Below, in pieces: positions 42,322-53,290 of a stretch of DNA of 64,000 bases (position 1 is the stretch's first letter; each line of letters begins with the position of its first letter). The position numbers and the translations under genes were made by a program. The notes beneath the pieces were generated by a model that had not been told where the DNA came from, did no database searches, and worked only from the letters and a program-made list of their open reading frames with translations. Location: NCBI RefSeq assembly GCF_009914755.1, contig NC_060932.1; one strand, written 5' to 3'. This DNA is from the human T2T-CHM13v2.0 reference genome, Homo sapiens.

Positions 42322-42501
42322 AATGACTACTCTTAAAAAGTCAAGAAACAATAGATGTTGGCAAGGTTGTAGAGAAAAGGGAACACTTATACACACTGCT
42401 GGTGAAAGTATAAAATAAATAGTTCAGGCTCTATAGAAAGCAGTGAGGGGATTCCTCAAAGAACTTAAAACTACCATTTAACCCAGCAATCCCACTACTG
42501 G

Positions 42502-42556
<55 letters not shown>

Positions 42557-42605
42557 CGATAGATAGATAGATATAGATATAGATATAGATATAGATAGAT
42601 ATATA
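42502..42605. repeat. (AGAT)13 AGAC GAT (AGAT)3 plus (AGATAT)n compound STR within L1
   Basis: Directly visible; sits inside the L1 motif ctactgg[..]tatacccaaagg. Confidence 0.97.
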
Positions 42606-43258
42606 CCCAAAGGAAAAGAAATAATTCTACCAAAAACACACATCTACTTGTATGTTCACAATAGCAAAGACATGGAATCAATCTAGATGCCCATCAACAG
42701 TGGAGTAGATAAAGAAAATGTGGTATATATACACCATGAAATAGTACACAGACATAAAAAGGAATGAAATTGTGTCCTTTGCCGCAACATGAATGCAGTT
42801 GGAGGCCATTATCCTTAGCAAACTAACACAGGAACAGAAAACACAATCCTGCATGTTGTCACTTATAAGTGGGAGCTAAACATTGAATGCACATGGACAC
42901 AAAGATGGAAACCATAGACACTGGGGACTCTTTGTGGCAGAAGGTTAGGAAGGAGGTGTGTGTTGAAAACCCTATCCGGTACTATGCTCACTATCTTGGT
43001 GACGGGATCAATTCATACACCAAATCTCAGCAACATGCAATTTACGCATGTAACAAACCTGCACATGCACTCCCTGAACCTAAAAGTCTCTAGAAATAAA
43101 ACATCCAGATCTCTTACGATATTTTTGAGTTGTTGAATCATTCAGTGCTGATGTTCACCCTACCTTACAGTTACAATAGGGGACAAATACCTTTCATTGT
43201 TTGGGCTTATATGAATTCAGTTTTCAATTTCAGTGACAATCCAAAGCCACTGGGACCA

Positions 43259-43740
43259 TGTAACAGGTTGAATACTGGCCCTACGAAAGTATGTCAGTGT
43301 CTGACCCATAAAACCTGTGAACACGACTTTGTTTGAAAAAAAAAAAAAAAGGTCTTTTTGCAGATGTAATTAAGTTAAACATCCCAAAATGAGATCATCG
43401 TGGATTTAGGGTAACACCTAAATCTAATGACAGGTATGTTTATAAGTGAAAGGCAGAAGAATTTAGACACAGTTATAGAGAGGTGATGTGAAGATGGAGG
43501 CAGAGGTTGGAGGGATGCATCTACAAGCCAAGGAATGCCAAGCCTAGCTGGCAGCCATCAGAAGCTGGGAAGAGAGGTGTGGGCCAGATTCCCCCTCAAA
43601 CTCTCCAGAAGGAACCAAACTGTTGGTACCTTGATTTTGGACTTCTGACCTCCAGAACTGTGAAAGAACATATTTCTGTTGTTTTAAGTCACCCAGTTAA
43701 AAGGTGGCAATTTGTTATAGCATCCCTGGAAACTAATAAA
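43259..43740 (+). mobile_element. MaLR solo LTR (MLT1C-like)
   Basis: tgtaacaggttgaat...ttgcagatgtaattaagtt...ctacaagccaaggaatgcc...ttttggacttctgacctccagaactgtga...ggaaactaata. Confidence 0.9.
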
Positions 43741-44279
43741 AACTGAAATTAAAACCTAGGACTGCCTGGCTTTTAGGAGTTTATACTGTTACCAGAATTC
43801 TACATTGAACAAAAGCTACTTGAAAACTAGATTTTAGATGACTATAGAGGAGAGAATTGAGTAGTCACTGAAATTATCATAGAAGCTTTATGACAGAAAT
43901 AACCATTCTGATGCAAGCTGATCCCAGCAAGAAGTATGAAAAAGCCTTTAGTGCAGAACAAGAACAAAAAATACAATACAAAAAGAACAATACAAAAAAA
44001 ATAATGACCAAGGGTTTTCCGCAAGTTTGTTAGTCAAGAGAAATTGGAATTTAGCATCAGAAAACACTTCAGCGACATTATTACTTGTGATGCACGTATG
44101 TTGTTCTTGAGTGAACAAGTATAATCAGAAATAAATATGCTTAACTATTTAATTAATATTATACTATGAGTTTAGGTTATAGGCTAACATGTTCATTGTC
44201 TTTTCAAAGTTCTGAATATAAACACTTACCTTTAGGAAATTTAACAGGTATTAGGTTAATCCTATACCAAATACTTCAT

Positions 44280-44600
44280 ACGTTATCTCAGTCTTTGTGA
44301 GACAGCAAGCACGCTTCCCATTTTCAAAAATGAGAAAGCTGTGCAGGACCATCAACTGCTTATGTAGCACCTTTGTATAAATTACAAATGCATGTGCCAG
44401 GACAGATGGCTTAGCAAGAGCAGCAAGGGGTTTAGTTCAGCTCCACTTGGTCCCCTGGCTGTGTCTACAAACTCCTGTGCAGAGCAGGAGCCTCACAGCT
44501 GAAGCCCAGAGAAGCTAGGTAACAGTGCTCAGATCCAACCCTCAGTAAATGTGTATGCTGTGGCTTCAGTCCATTTATCTCTGACTTTAAATTCCATATT
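44280..44600 (-). mobile_element. MIR split by a roughly 160-bp insert (possible MER91-like hAT MITE at about 44338-44500)
   Basis: cccattttcaaaaatgagaaagct [insert] gaagcccagagaagctaggtaac; insert ends are inverted (agctgtgcagg / cctcacagct). Confidence 0.5.
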
Positions 44601-44767
44601 TTCATGAGCACATAGTGACATCTTCAAGTAGCTTCAGATTTTACTACCGAAAGGTATTCAAACCGATAAATGCAAGTGACAACTGCAGTTGATATGCTGT
44701 GCCAGTCAAGAGAGTAAACCTTCTGAAAAATGATGCCAGAAGAGAGGCTCACCTTCCCCCAGGTGGT

Positions 44768-44943
44768 CAGAATCAGTGATATAATTTGCAGGGCCCTGTA
44801 CAAAATAAAAATGTGGGGCCATTGTTTAAAAATCATTAAAAATTTCAACAGGGCAACAGCAGAGCCTTAAAGTAAGCCTGGAGTCCTTCTAAGTGTGGGG
44901 CCCTGGGGGACTGCTAAGGTGGCTGCCCAGGAATCCGGCCCTG
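44768..44943 (-). mobile_element. MER45A (hAT-Tip100 MITE) with 8-bp TSD
   Basis: ataatttgcagggccctgtacaaaataaaaatgtggggcc...ccggccctg; TSD caggtggt (44760-44767) / caggtggg (44944-44951). Confidence 0.88.
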
Positions 44944-45487
44944 CAGGTGGGCCATATGAAGCCTAGCATCTGGCTTGCAGAATAGCAATAAAAGAGATGC
45001 TGGTAGAAAAGATCTCCTACTAGGATCAGCGCTTTTACCTCTGTAGCTTCTTGTGCTTACTGAGGCTCTAGCAGTACTAATAAGTTAGGTCAAGTTATAC
45101 TTTCTTAAGTAGGAAGGATCTTTAATGTCTTACTCTCAGTTCTTATACAAGTAGACCACCTCACTTTGCTGGGTGGATCTCCACTTTACCTTAAGGTCAG
45201 GGAACAGAAATTCAAGCGCTTCAGTGACAGTATTTTACTGCAATCGTATCTTAGTGAAATACATAAGAAGAAACCCAACAGATTTATGTTTAAGTATTAG
45301 ATCCAAACTGGCATCAGTGACAACAATGCCTCGGATTTGAAGAATAGTGGAATAGGAAGGGGGGATATTAAATTCTACTGCTCCAGAAGAGGCCAGAACC
45401 TTGATTTAAATATACCATTTGAAGTCTCAGAAACACCGCATTTTGGTTTCTGTAAGATGTTAGCTACATTTGAATTGTTGTTTAGAT

Positions 45488-45719
45488 CAGTGTTTCCTAA
45501 AGCGTGTACAACTGAAATAAGTGAAAGACGTGAAAAGGTAATTGCATGAAAATAGCTTTTTGGCCAGATACAGAAGTTGTGTGCGCAGAAGAGTGTTTTA
45601 CTAAAGGATGTTTCTGAGTCTTTCACGTACTCCTGTGCTGGCGCAGAGTATGGCACATGACTTTAGCATGGAGCATCTTGAGGGACCATGTTCCGTGAAA
45701 CACACTTTATGAAGTGCTG
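45488..45719 (-). mobile_element. MER103-like hAT-Charlie MITE
   Basis: TIRs cagtgtttcctaaagcgtgt / acacactttatgaagtgctg; gagcatcttgagggaccatgttccgtgaaacacac. Confidence 0.7.
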
Positions 45720-47384
45720 TTTTATGTGACACTATATTGTAGGCAGCATGCCAAAGAGGGCATTTTCAAGCTTCATAAGTCCAGGCACACTTGTTTAAGA
45801 GCTTTCTTACCTAGGACCTTATGATTTGGCCATTCTTAGCTCATTACTTCCCCTCCCCAAGTCCCAGGCAGAGGTTAGTACACCTGTTCTCACAGTGTCC
45901 TGGCATTTGGTGCTCACTGTTCACCTGAGGAGCAGATTATGACTGTGAAGATCGAAAACATTCTCAGCTAATCTTCGCTGTGGGGTTAATACTGTTGTGG
46001 GGATCTTTTTACAGTTTATGCTGACGTGCCCTGCTCAAAGATCCATCTAACACTCGAAATGAGGCTCCCTGAGTCTACACCCCAGAACCCGCCATTGCTG
46101 TCAGAGCTGGCAATGTGCCTGGCTGCTCTTGTGTGGCCCAAGGCAAGTCACTGCATTCACTAAGACAAGTGGCTGCTGTGTTCTTCCTAATTTTAAATAT
46201 GCCCACAGAGAAGAGAGGGACTCACAGTTTGAAAGATAACTATTTAGTTTGCATCAAGAGCAACTGAGTTTTCCGTTCCACTACACTTGAAAAACCCACC
46301 GGGCTGTTAAAATCAGCAGTCAACAAGCAAGCACCAAACCATCCTACACACTTAGAGCTCTGAGACTGGGTGAGATTCTCTGGGAAGGCTGTGTGTCCAC
46401 CTTGGACATCTACGTCCCCAGGAGGCCAGCAATAAGACAGATAAACATCAAGTGTGGTCTCTGAATGGACTAATCACTTTTGACAATGTGTGCATTTTTA
46501 TACAGAGGGATGATGAAATCACAAGTGTGTGTTTACTAGTATCTGCGCTATGCAAAGAAACAACCAGAAAGTTCAACACGTAAGGTCCAAACTAAGTTTT
46601 CCTTCTTCACCTCAATCAAAAATTACTTTACAGATTGTTTGAATAATATCTCCAACTCCTTAATCTTTTCAAAGGAAAGCAGCAAAAATTCAACCAAAGA
46701 ATAAAATCTTCCTAAATAAAGAATAGAATCTTCAGGAAGAATAAAATCTTATTTAAAGAACCTGATTTTTGCTAGCATTGGTTTGACTATGAAGAGCCAC
46801 ACTTCCAATGATTTCTGAACAGCAGATATCAGCTGTTTTACATTTTAACTAACTTGCCACTCTGGCCACTGTTGAAAATTCTGTAGGAATTAAATGCCCG
46901 GTTTTGCAAGATACACATTTCTTACTGAAACAGCCTATTATTCATTGTACACATATATTACGCCTCTATTTGCTGCCAAGTTTTATGGGATTAAATAGAG
47001 AACACAACAGGTAAGAGCCCCAAACTCATGCTACTGATTCGCATCTCTGAAGTTGTTTGCTGCAGGGTCTGACTGTGAAGGAGCTGTAATCACAGTGGCC
47101 ACCAGCCTCTGATATTCTTCCTCTGCTGTTCTTAATGTTCTCCCCACATCCTCAAAGCATCATGGCTTACATCCCTGTTCACTGGCTTAAGTCTTCCCCA
47201 ATCCTTCAGCAAATTATGATCAAGGTGGGTGTATATAAATGGTTCTTAGTATTCTTCCTGCTATGGCTGGAGTTATTTTAGGAGCTTGTGGTGCTTTTAA
47301 GATCAAGGACTTTGACCCTGGTCCTGTCTGGCTTCTTGCTCCCACTCAGGCACAGGATATAGTCTTTTTAAAAAATAAGTAACC

Positions 47385-47697
47385 TGCTTGGTGCAGTGGC
47401 TCATGCCTATAATTCCAGCACTTTGGGAGGCCATTGTGAGAGGATTGCTTGAGGCTAGGAGTTTGGGACCAGTCTGGGCAACATGGTGAGATCCCATACA
47501 AAAATAAAAATAAAAAATTAGCCTGGCATGGTGGCATGCGCCTGTTGTCCCAGCTACTTGGGAGGCTGAAGTGAGAGGGTGGCTTGAACTGGGGAGGTCT
47601 GGACTGCAGTGAGCCGTGATTGCACCACAAACTCCAGCCTGGGCAACACAGTGAAACCCTCTCTTCACAAAATAATATAAAATAAAATAAATAAAAT
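47385..47697 (+). mobile_element. AluJ with 13-bp TSD
   Basis: aggattgcttgaggctaggagtt (J diagnostic); (AAAAT)n tail; TSD aaaataagtaacc at 47372-47384 and 47698-47710, preceded by TTTTT/AAAA. Confidence 0.95.
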
Positions 47698-48439
47698 AAA
47701 ATAAGTAACCCCTAGGTTCCTGGACTACCCCCATAAGTCATTCTTCTTCCTCTCATGTTAATTCACCCTGTTTTATCTGTTCACCTTCCTCTTTAGTTCA
47801 GATCTGTTAGGTTACCCAGCTTAGTAACTCCTTCCCCTAGAAGGTAGGTTAAACGTGGCCCTACTGTGTTTGCTCCCCACTTGGCAGGCATAAGGTTGTA
47901 CACTGACAGCTGGGGCTGGAGTGGCAGCCAGCCTGTTACAACTATGTTCCTGAATCCTTTACAGAGATGAGCATGAAACACATGGAAATGGAAATGAGGC
48001 AATCTAGTTTGGAAAAAATAGATTTGAATTGAGGGTAGAAAAATGAGAAAATTGGAGTTCCAGTCCCTGTTTGATACCACAGAGCTGTAGAACCCCAGGA
48101 GACAGTTCTGTGACTAATTTTCTTCAACTGTAAAAATAACAGTGTAGGAGAAATAATTCTTAAGTCTCAAAATCCCTGGCTTTAAATAGGGTTAATGGTC
48201 AGGATTAGTAAAACGGTATGGGGCATGACCTTCTTTTATGTGACATAAGAAACTTGGTAATCATAGCAAAAAAAAAAAAAAAAATACACAAAATTTTTAA
48301 ACAACCCAACCCTTTTGAGATGGAGTTAATAGGTGAAGTTGCAACTTCTAGTGACCTCAAGCACATTTTTCCTTCTCTACCTTCGAGTAGATAGAGGTCT
48401 AAAGTGAGTTAATCCCTGACTGCACATAGCTGTTCAACG

Positions 48440-48700
48440 CAGATGCTCTGGAGTCGGGCCTACTTGGTTTAAAGAACTGGCACATAGGCCTGTGCCTGGC
48501 ACATAGTAGACTTTCAATAAACATGTGTTTAAATAATGTTGAATCAGTAAGCACTGCCTCTGCTCTCTTCCAGTTGTAAATCGCTTAGCCTCTAGGTGAC
48601 TTGATTTCTTTACTGATAACAGTGCCCGCCCTATAAACTGGTAAGAATGCGATGAGATAATTCAGGCAGAGCACTGCACACAGCCAATGCCTGCTGAAGG
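48440..48700 (+). mobile_element. MIR with an L2/MIR 3' tail fragment
   Basis: gctctggagtcgggcctacttggtttaaa; tgtgcctggcacatagtagactttcaataaacatgt; gtaagaatgcgatgagataattcaggcagagcact. Confidence 0.65.
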
Positions 48701-51367
48701 TTAGTTGTTACTGTGGCAAAGGGATTTGTCTCAAGGATTCTCTAGGCTCTTTTCATCCGACCATTTTCAGCCCATCAAACAACTTTCCCAGACAGCAGTA
48801 AATGCAGGCCAAGGTCTTTGCTTAAAGTGAAAATCTCTGGCCTTGATGAGAGAAGCTGTCAAGTCCTGAAAAGCCTGCCACTTCCTCACTTCACTTCAGG
48901 TTCCGTGCCCCTTTGTCTCTTTTTTCACTGCATAATATTCAGATCAAAGCATTCTTGTCCTGCTTATCCTCTAAAGCACATCATATCAGTAGGTTAATAG
49001 TTGAAGGTCGCCAGCCTCCATCTCTCTGCACCTTGTTGCGGCCAGGCTTCGTAGCAGCCAAGGCCCCAGCTGGCGCGGGGGAGCTGCAGCAAGCACACTG
49101 TTTGTGTGCCCAGCAGATGTAAAAAGCTTGGTGCAGTGATCTGGGTGCACCTGTTGGTTTGTCACCATCTGTTAGCCAAAATGTTAAAAAGCCACACCCT
49201 CGGACAGCCAGCTGAGGAGAACTTAATCTCTTCCCTCCCAGGCCTCCAAATACAGGCTGCCGATCACATCTTACAAAAGAAGAGAGCCAAACACAAAGAA
49301 GAAACTGTCTGAACCCTGCCTAGAGGGAAACCTAATCTTCTGCCCTGGCTGGGTTTTGTTTTTTACGCTAACAAAAAAAGGGATTCTAAAACAAATCTAG
49401 CTAGATATTACCTGACAAGAAATCCTGTTATAAACAACTGCCAATTTTTTTTAAAGGAAGATATTAGTTGAACATGGATACTAGTATTAAATGAATTAAG
49501 CAGTAATGGTATTTTGGATGACTACTTAGTGAGGTGGAAAATGATGAGGGAGCTAACGTGTGCCTCCTCTGAGGGAGATAGAATTGGATTCTTAGAAGTA
49601 AAATGCCTCCAGGGCCAGCACAGGATAAAGAATTAGATGAGTTTAGGCCTTGGAGTTCCAAAGATCAGAGCAACATTCCTCTAAGGAAGACACAGAAATT
49701 TGTATGACCTTTATCAAAGCATGGACAGCCTTCACCCACTCGTGCCTCTCTCTCCCTGCTGCCCACATCTTCACCACACAGAACAAAGTCTCCCATTCCA
49801 CAAGGGTCAAGGATCACACAAGCTAATTGCATTTAGCTGGTGGGTATAATTTCAGAGCTAGGTACCTCTCCCTTCAGCCAGACATAAGATACAAATTTTT
49901 AAAAGCAATTCAAGAGGGCAGGGATCTTTTATTCAATGACCAGACCAAATCTCATTGAAATTAAATATTCAACTAGAATATGCATGCAGCAACTTTCTTG
50001 AATATATACCCAGGATAAGTCAGAGCAAATGTTAGCGTTCATTCTTGTCTTTATTGAGAATAAATAGGGAAAAAGAAACTGGTTTCCATCCAAAGTTGTA
50101 AAATAAGGAAGATGTACTTTGTAATTTAAGACTTTAAAAAGAGTTTTAAGTTAGAAATGATTTCATGTAGCTAACGAGTTTGGTTTTTTAAATTTATTTT
50201 TTAGACAATTTTAAAACACATCGGTCAAATCTTTTATGTGGCCCCATACATTTTATACTGATTTTCCACCCCCCCTTTTTTTTATTTAACCAAACTATCA
50301 TTCAACCTAATCCTTAAGGAATATTGAATAGAATTAACACCTTTATACCAATCCCATTAGTGTACTGTTAAATTAATGGGTTCATTTCTGCCCTCAAGCA
50401 AGATTTGGATTATAATCTTGAGACAAGCTACCTTGAGGCAGTAGGCAATCACTTTAAAAACCTGAAAGCAGGCAACATATGGCACACTACACAATATAAA
50501 AGTGTTTGAGAGGTACAAGTTTCCACCCTTCATGATACATGCCCAGTTTTAAATAAAACATAGCGTCATCTGGTTCACGCTTAAACACTGAAATTGAAAT
50601 TATTGGCCATACTGTCATTTTCAAAACAATAGCTAACGGTTTGCACATGTGCTGTTTACAGATCCAAGCCTGTAAACACAGTCACCAACCACAACTTTGC
50701 AAAGGTAAATGACAGCTTGAAAAATTTCAAGTCTCCAGAACTCCTGGGATTTTCTCGTTTTCCCCCTTTCATTCATTCTTTCTTCCTACCCCACCCCCAA
50801 TCCACTCATAGACACAACAGATCCTCCTCTGCCTGCGCAGGCGTAACTTCCTCGCCATATCACCCCTCCCCCCACGACACATTTTCCTGCTGTTGAGACC
50901 AGCTGGGCTGTATTAGTCATGCTGAAGCACGTCATGTAACACAGCAAAATATCAGGCAGCCCAGTGTCATGGGAAAAGTGAATCTACTTCATTATCTACC
51001 TAGGCAAAGGAAACAGAACTATCACTTCAATGGGCCTGGTCTTCCCTTCTGTGTTGTTAATGTATATTCTATTAATATCATTGATGATATTCCAAGGTCT
51101 TGGTGTAAATGAACATGGTGCAGAAGGGAAGCATCAATGGTAATACTGTGGGGTAATACCTATGCTCTGGGGCCTTTTTTTATCCTTTTCTTCACATACA
51201 AATTCCATAAATGTTAAAGGATTTTGATTTACATAAAGAGAAAAGAGGGATACTGTTATCAAAATAGAAACAGGCTGTCCCAAAGAGAGTCATTCTGTGA
51301 CCCAGAACATAATAGTATGATAAGATGTTGCTTTGGAAATTTGCAGGGAAAAACAATGTGTTATACA

Positions 51368-51523
51368 GCTCTGCTTCCCAAACTTCAAAGTACTTTCAAA
51401 TCACATGGACAGCCTATTGAAAATGTTTTCTTCTGATTCAGAGGCCTGAGAGCCTATATTTTTCACAAGCTCCCGGTTAATACTGATACTGCTGGTCCCC
51501 AGATCCCACTTTGATTTGCAAGG
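51368..51523. mobile_element. MER5-like hAT-Charlie MITE
   Basis: gcttcccaaacttc...aatcacatgga...ttctgattcagaggcctgagagcc...acaagctcccgg...gctggtccccagatcccactttg. Confidence 0.75.
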
Positions 51524-52368
51524 TTGTATAGAAAGGACAACATTTAGGACAATTCAAAGATTACATTTTTTTAGAACTACCAAGTACTGACATCAATCGA
51601 AAACTAATCTAAAGGAGTCGGGAAACATCATTGAGACCTAAATGATGATGAAGGGAAATGGCCATCACATTATCTCTGGGGAATGTATTGCTGGGCATAG
51701 CAAGAAAGACCTGGGGAACAGGCACCAGCAAGAGACAAAGAGGATGCTTAGGTTATGTTTAAAATTTTTTATTCTTAAAGATCTAGACAGGTCTGGAAAC
51801 CCTCAAAATTCTCTTGAGGATGTCACATGGTGGTATCTCAGAATTTTTGTTTGTTTGTTTTTTAGTTGAGAAGTAGATATACAAAGTGGGTTTTCATAAA
51901 TGAATAAATGATATCAAAAGTCAAAGTGGACAATTGAATTGGAACTTGATTCTAGTTTGGTAGAAGCATCCCTAGGAAAAGGATAAAATCCCTAGGGGAA
52001 AAAACAGGGACGTAATTTTCCCAACGAGAGATGGTTAAAGCAGTTATGCTGATGCAAAATATTAAATTCTCATTGTACTTTGAAATAATTTAGATCTGGT
52101 ATTTCTTCTGTCATTTTTCTAACATCACTAACTCTAGCAATTTAAAAATACTCGACAGTCACACAATTATTTTGCTTTGCCGATGATACCTTTAAGAAAG
52201 AAAACTGTTTCAAAAACTTTAAAATGTCAGTGGATGCTCTCCTTCATGACACTAAGAAGCATGAGGTCTTTTGGCTCTCTCTGTTATAATTAAATGTAAA
52301 TTTTAGAAATTATAAAAAAGGAAGTGGTCAAACTTCTTGTTTCTATTTCTTAAATTGCATCATGGTAC

Positions 52369-52833
52369 TGTATTAGTCTCCTAGGGCTGCAGTAACAAAT
52401 TCCCACAAACTTAGTGGCTTAACAACAGAAATGATTTTCTCAATTCTGGAGTCTGGAGGTCTGAAATCAAGGCGTCAGCAGGGCCAGTATTTCTCCCAAG
52501 GCTCTAGGGAAGGATCCTCTTCCTCTTCCTACCCTAGCTTCTTGTGGTTGCTGGCAATCCTGCGTGTTCCTTGGCTTGTAAGTTCATCAGCCAGCCTCTG
52601 GCTCCGTTGTACCAAGGCGTTCTCCCTGCATGTCTCCTCCCTGTGTCTCTTCTCCTTTCCTTATAAGGACAGCAGTTCAATTGGATTAGGGCCCACCTAA
52701 TCCAGTCTGGCCTCATCTGAACCTAATTACATCCACAAAGACCCAAATTTATTTTCAAATAAGGTCATATTCCTAGATGCCAAGGGTCAGGACGTCAACA
52801 TATTTTTTAGAGGACACACTTCATCCCTTAACA
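52369..52833 (-). mobile_element. MaLR solo LTR (MLT1C-like)
   Basis: tgtattagtctcctagggctgc...ttggattagggcccacctaatcca...aca; near-TSD ggtac/ggtaa. Confidence 0.92.
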
Positions 52834-53169
52834 GGTAATAAAGTATAGACTCCGCACTTTGAAATGCAGATTCCCAGGTTTTTAAAACCATACCATGTTG
52901 AAGAGTTTTTTTTCTTTTTCCTCTAAAGCAAGGATGACAATTCTTCTTGTTACTGAAGTACTGTGATTATAAGGGAAAAAAAACTTAAGATTAAATTTTA
53001 CTTTTTTAATGTTAAAAAATACTAATTAGATATGTAGTAGAAATCAGAAATCTTTGTTTTAGAGCTAATGCAAATCAAAATGATTCTTCTTACGAAGATT
53101 TGTACGTGTTTTTATCTGGCACTCTTTGTTTCGCTGTTTATTAGCAGCGACATTGGCAACTTTATTGAG

Positions 53170-53290
53170 TACCTTATCACGTTGTATAGTAACTAGATTG
53201 TAAGTTTCTTGAGGACAGATATTGTTCTATTATTTTAAGTTTCTGTCTGTTCCTAAAAGTGGACACTCCATAAAAGTATATTGATTATGG
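53170..53290 (+). mobile_element. L2 3' end fragment
   Basis: actagattgtaagtttcttgaggacagatattgttct. Confidence 0.55.

Noticed and set aside
47303-47734. 143-aa minus ORF, and ORFs at 41824-42261
   Set aside because: Alu-derived translations.
49059-49076. CTCF-like motif ggccccagctggcgc
   Set aside because: Several mismatches at core positions; not supportable without a PWM score or ChIP data.
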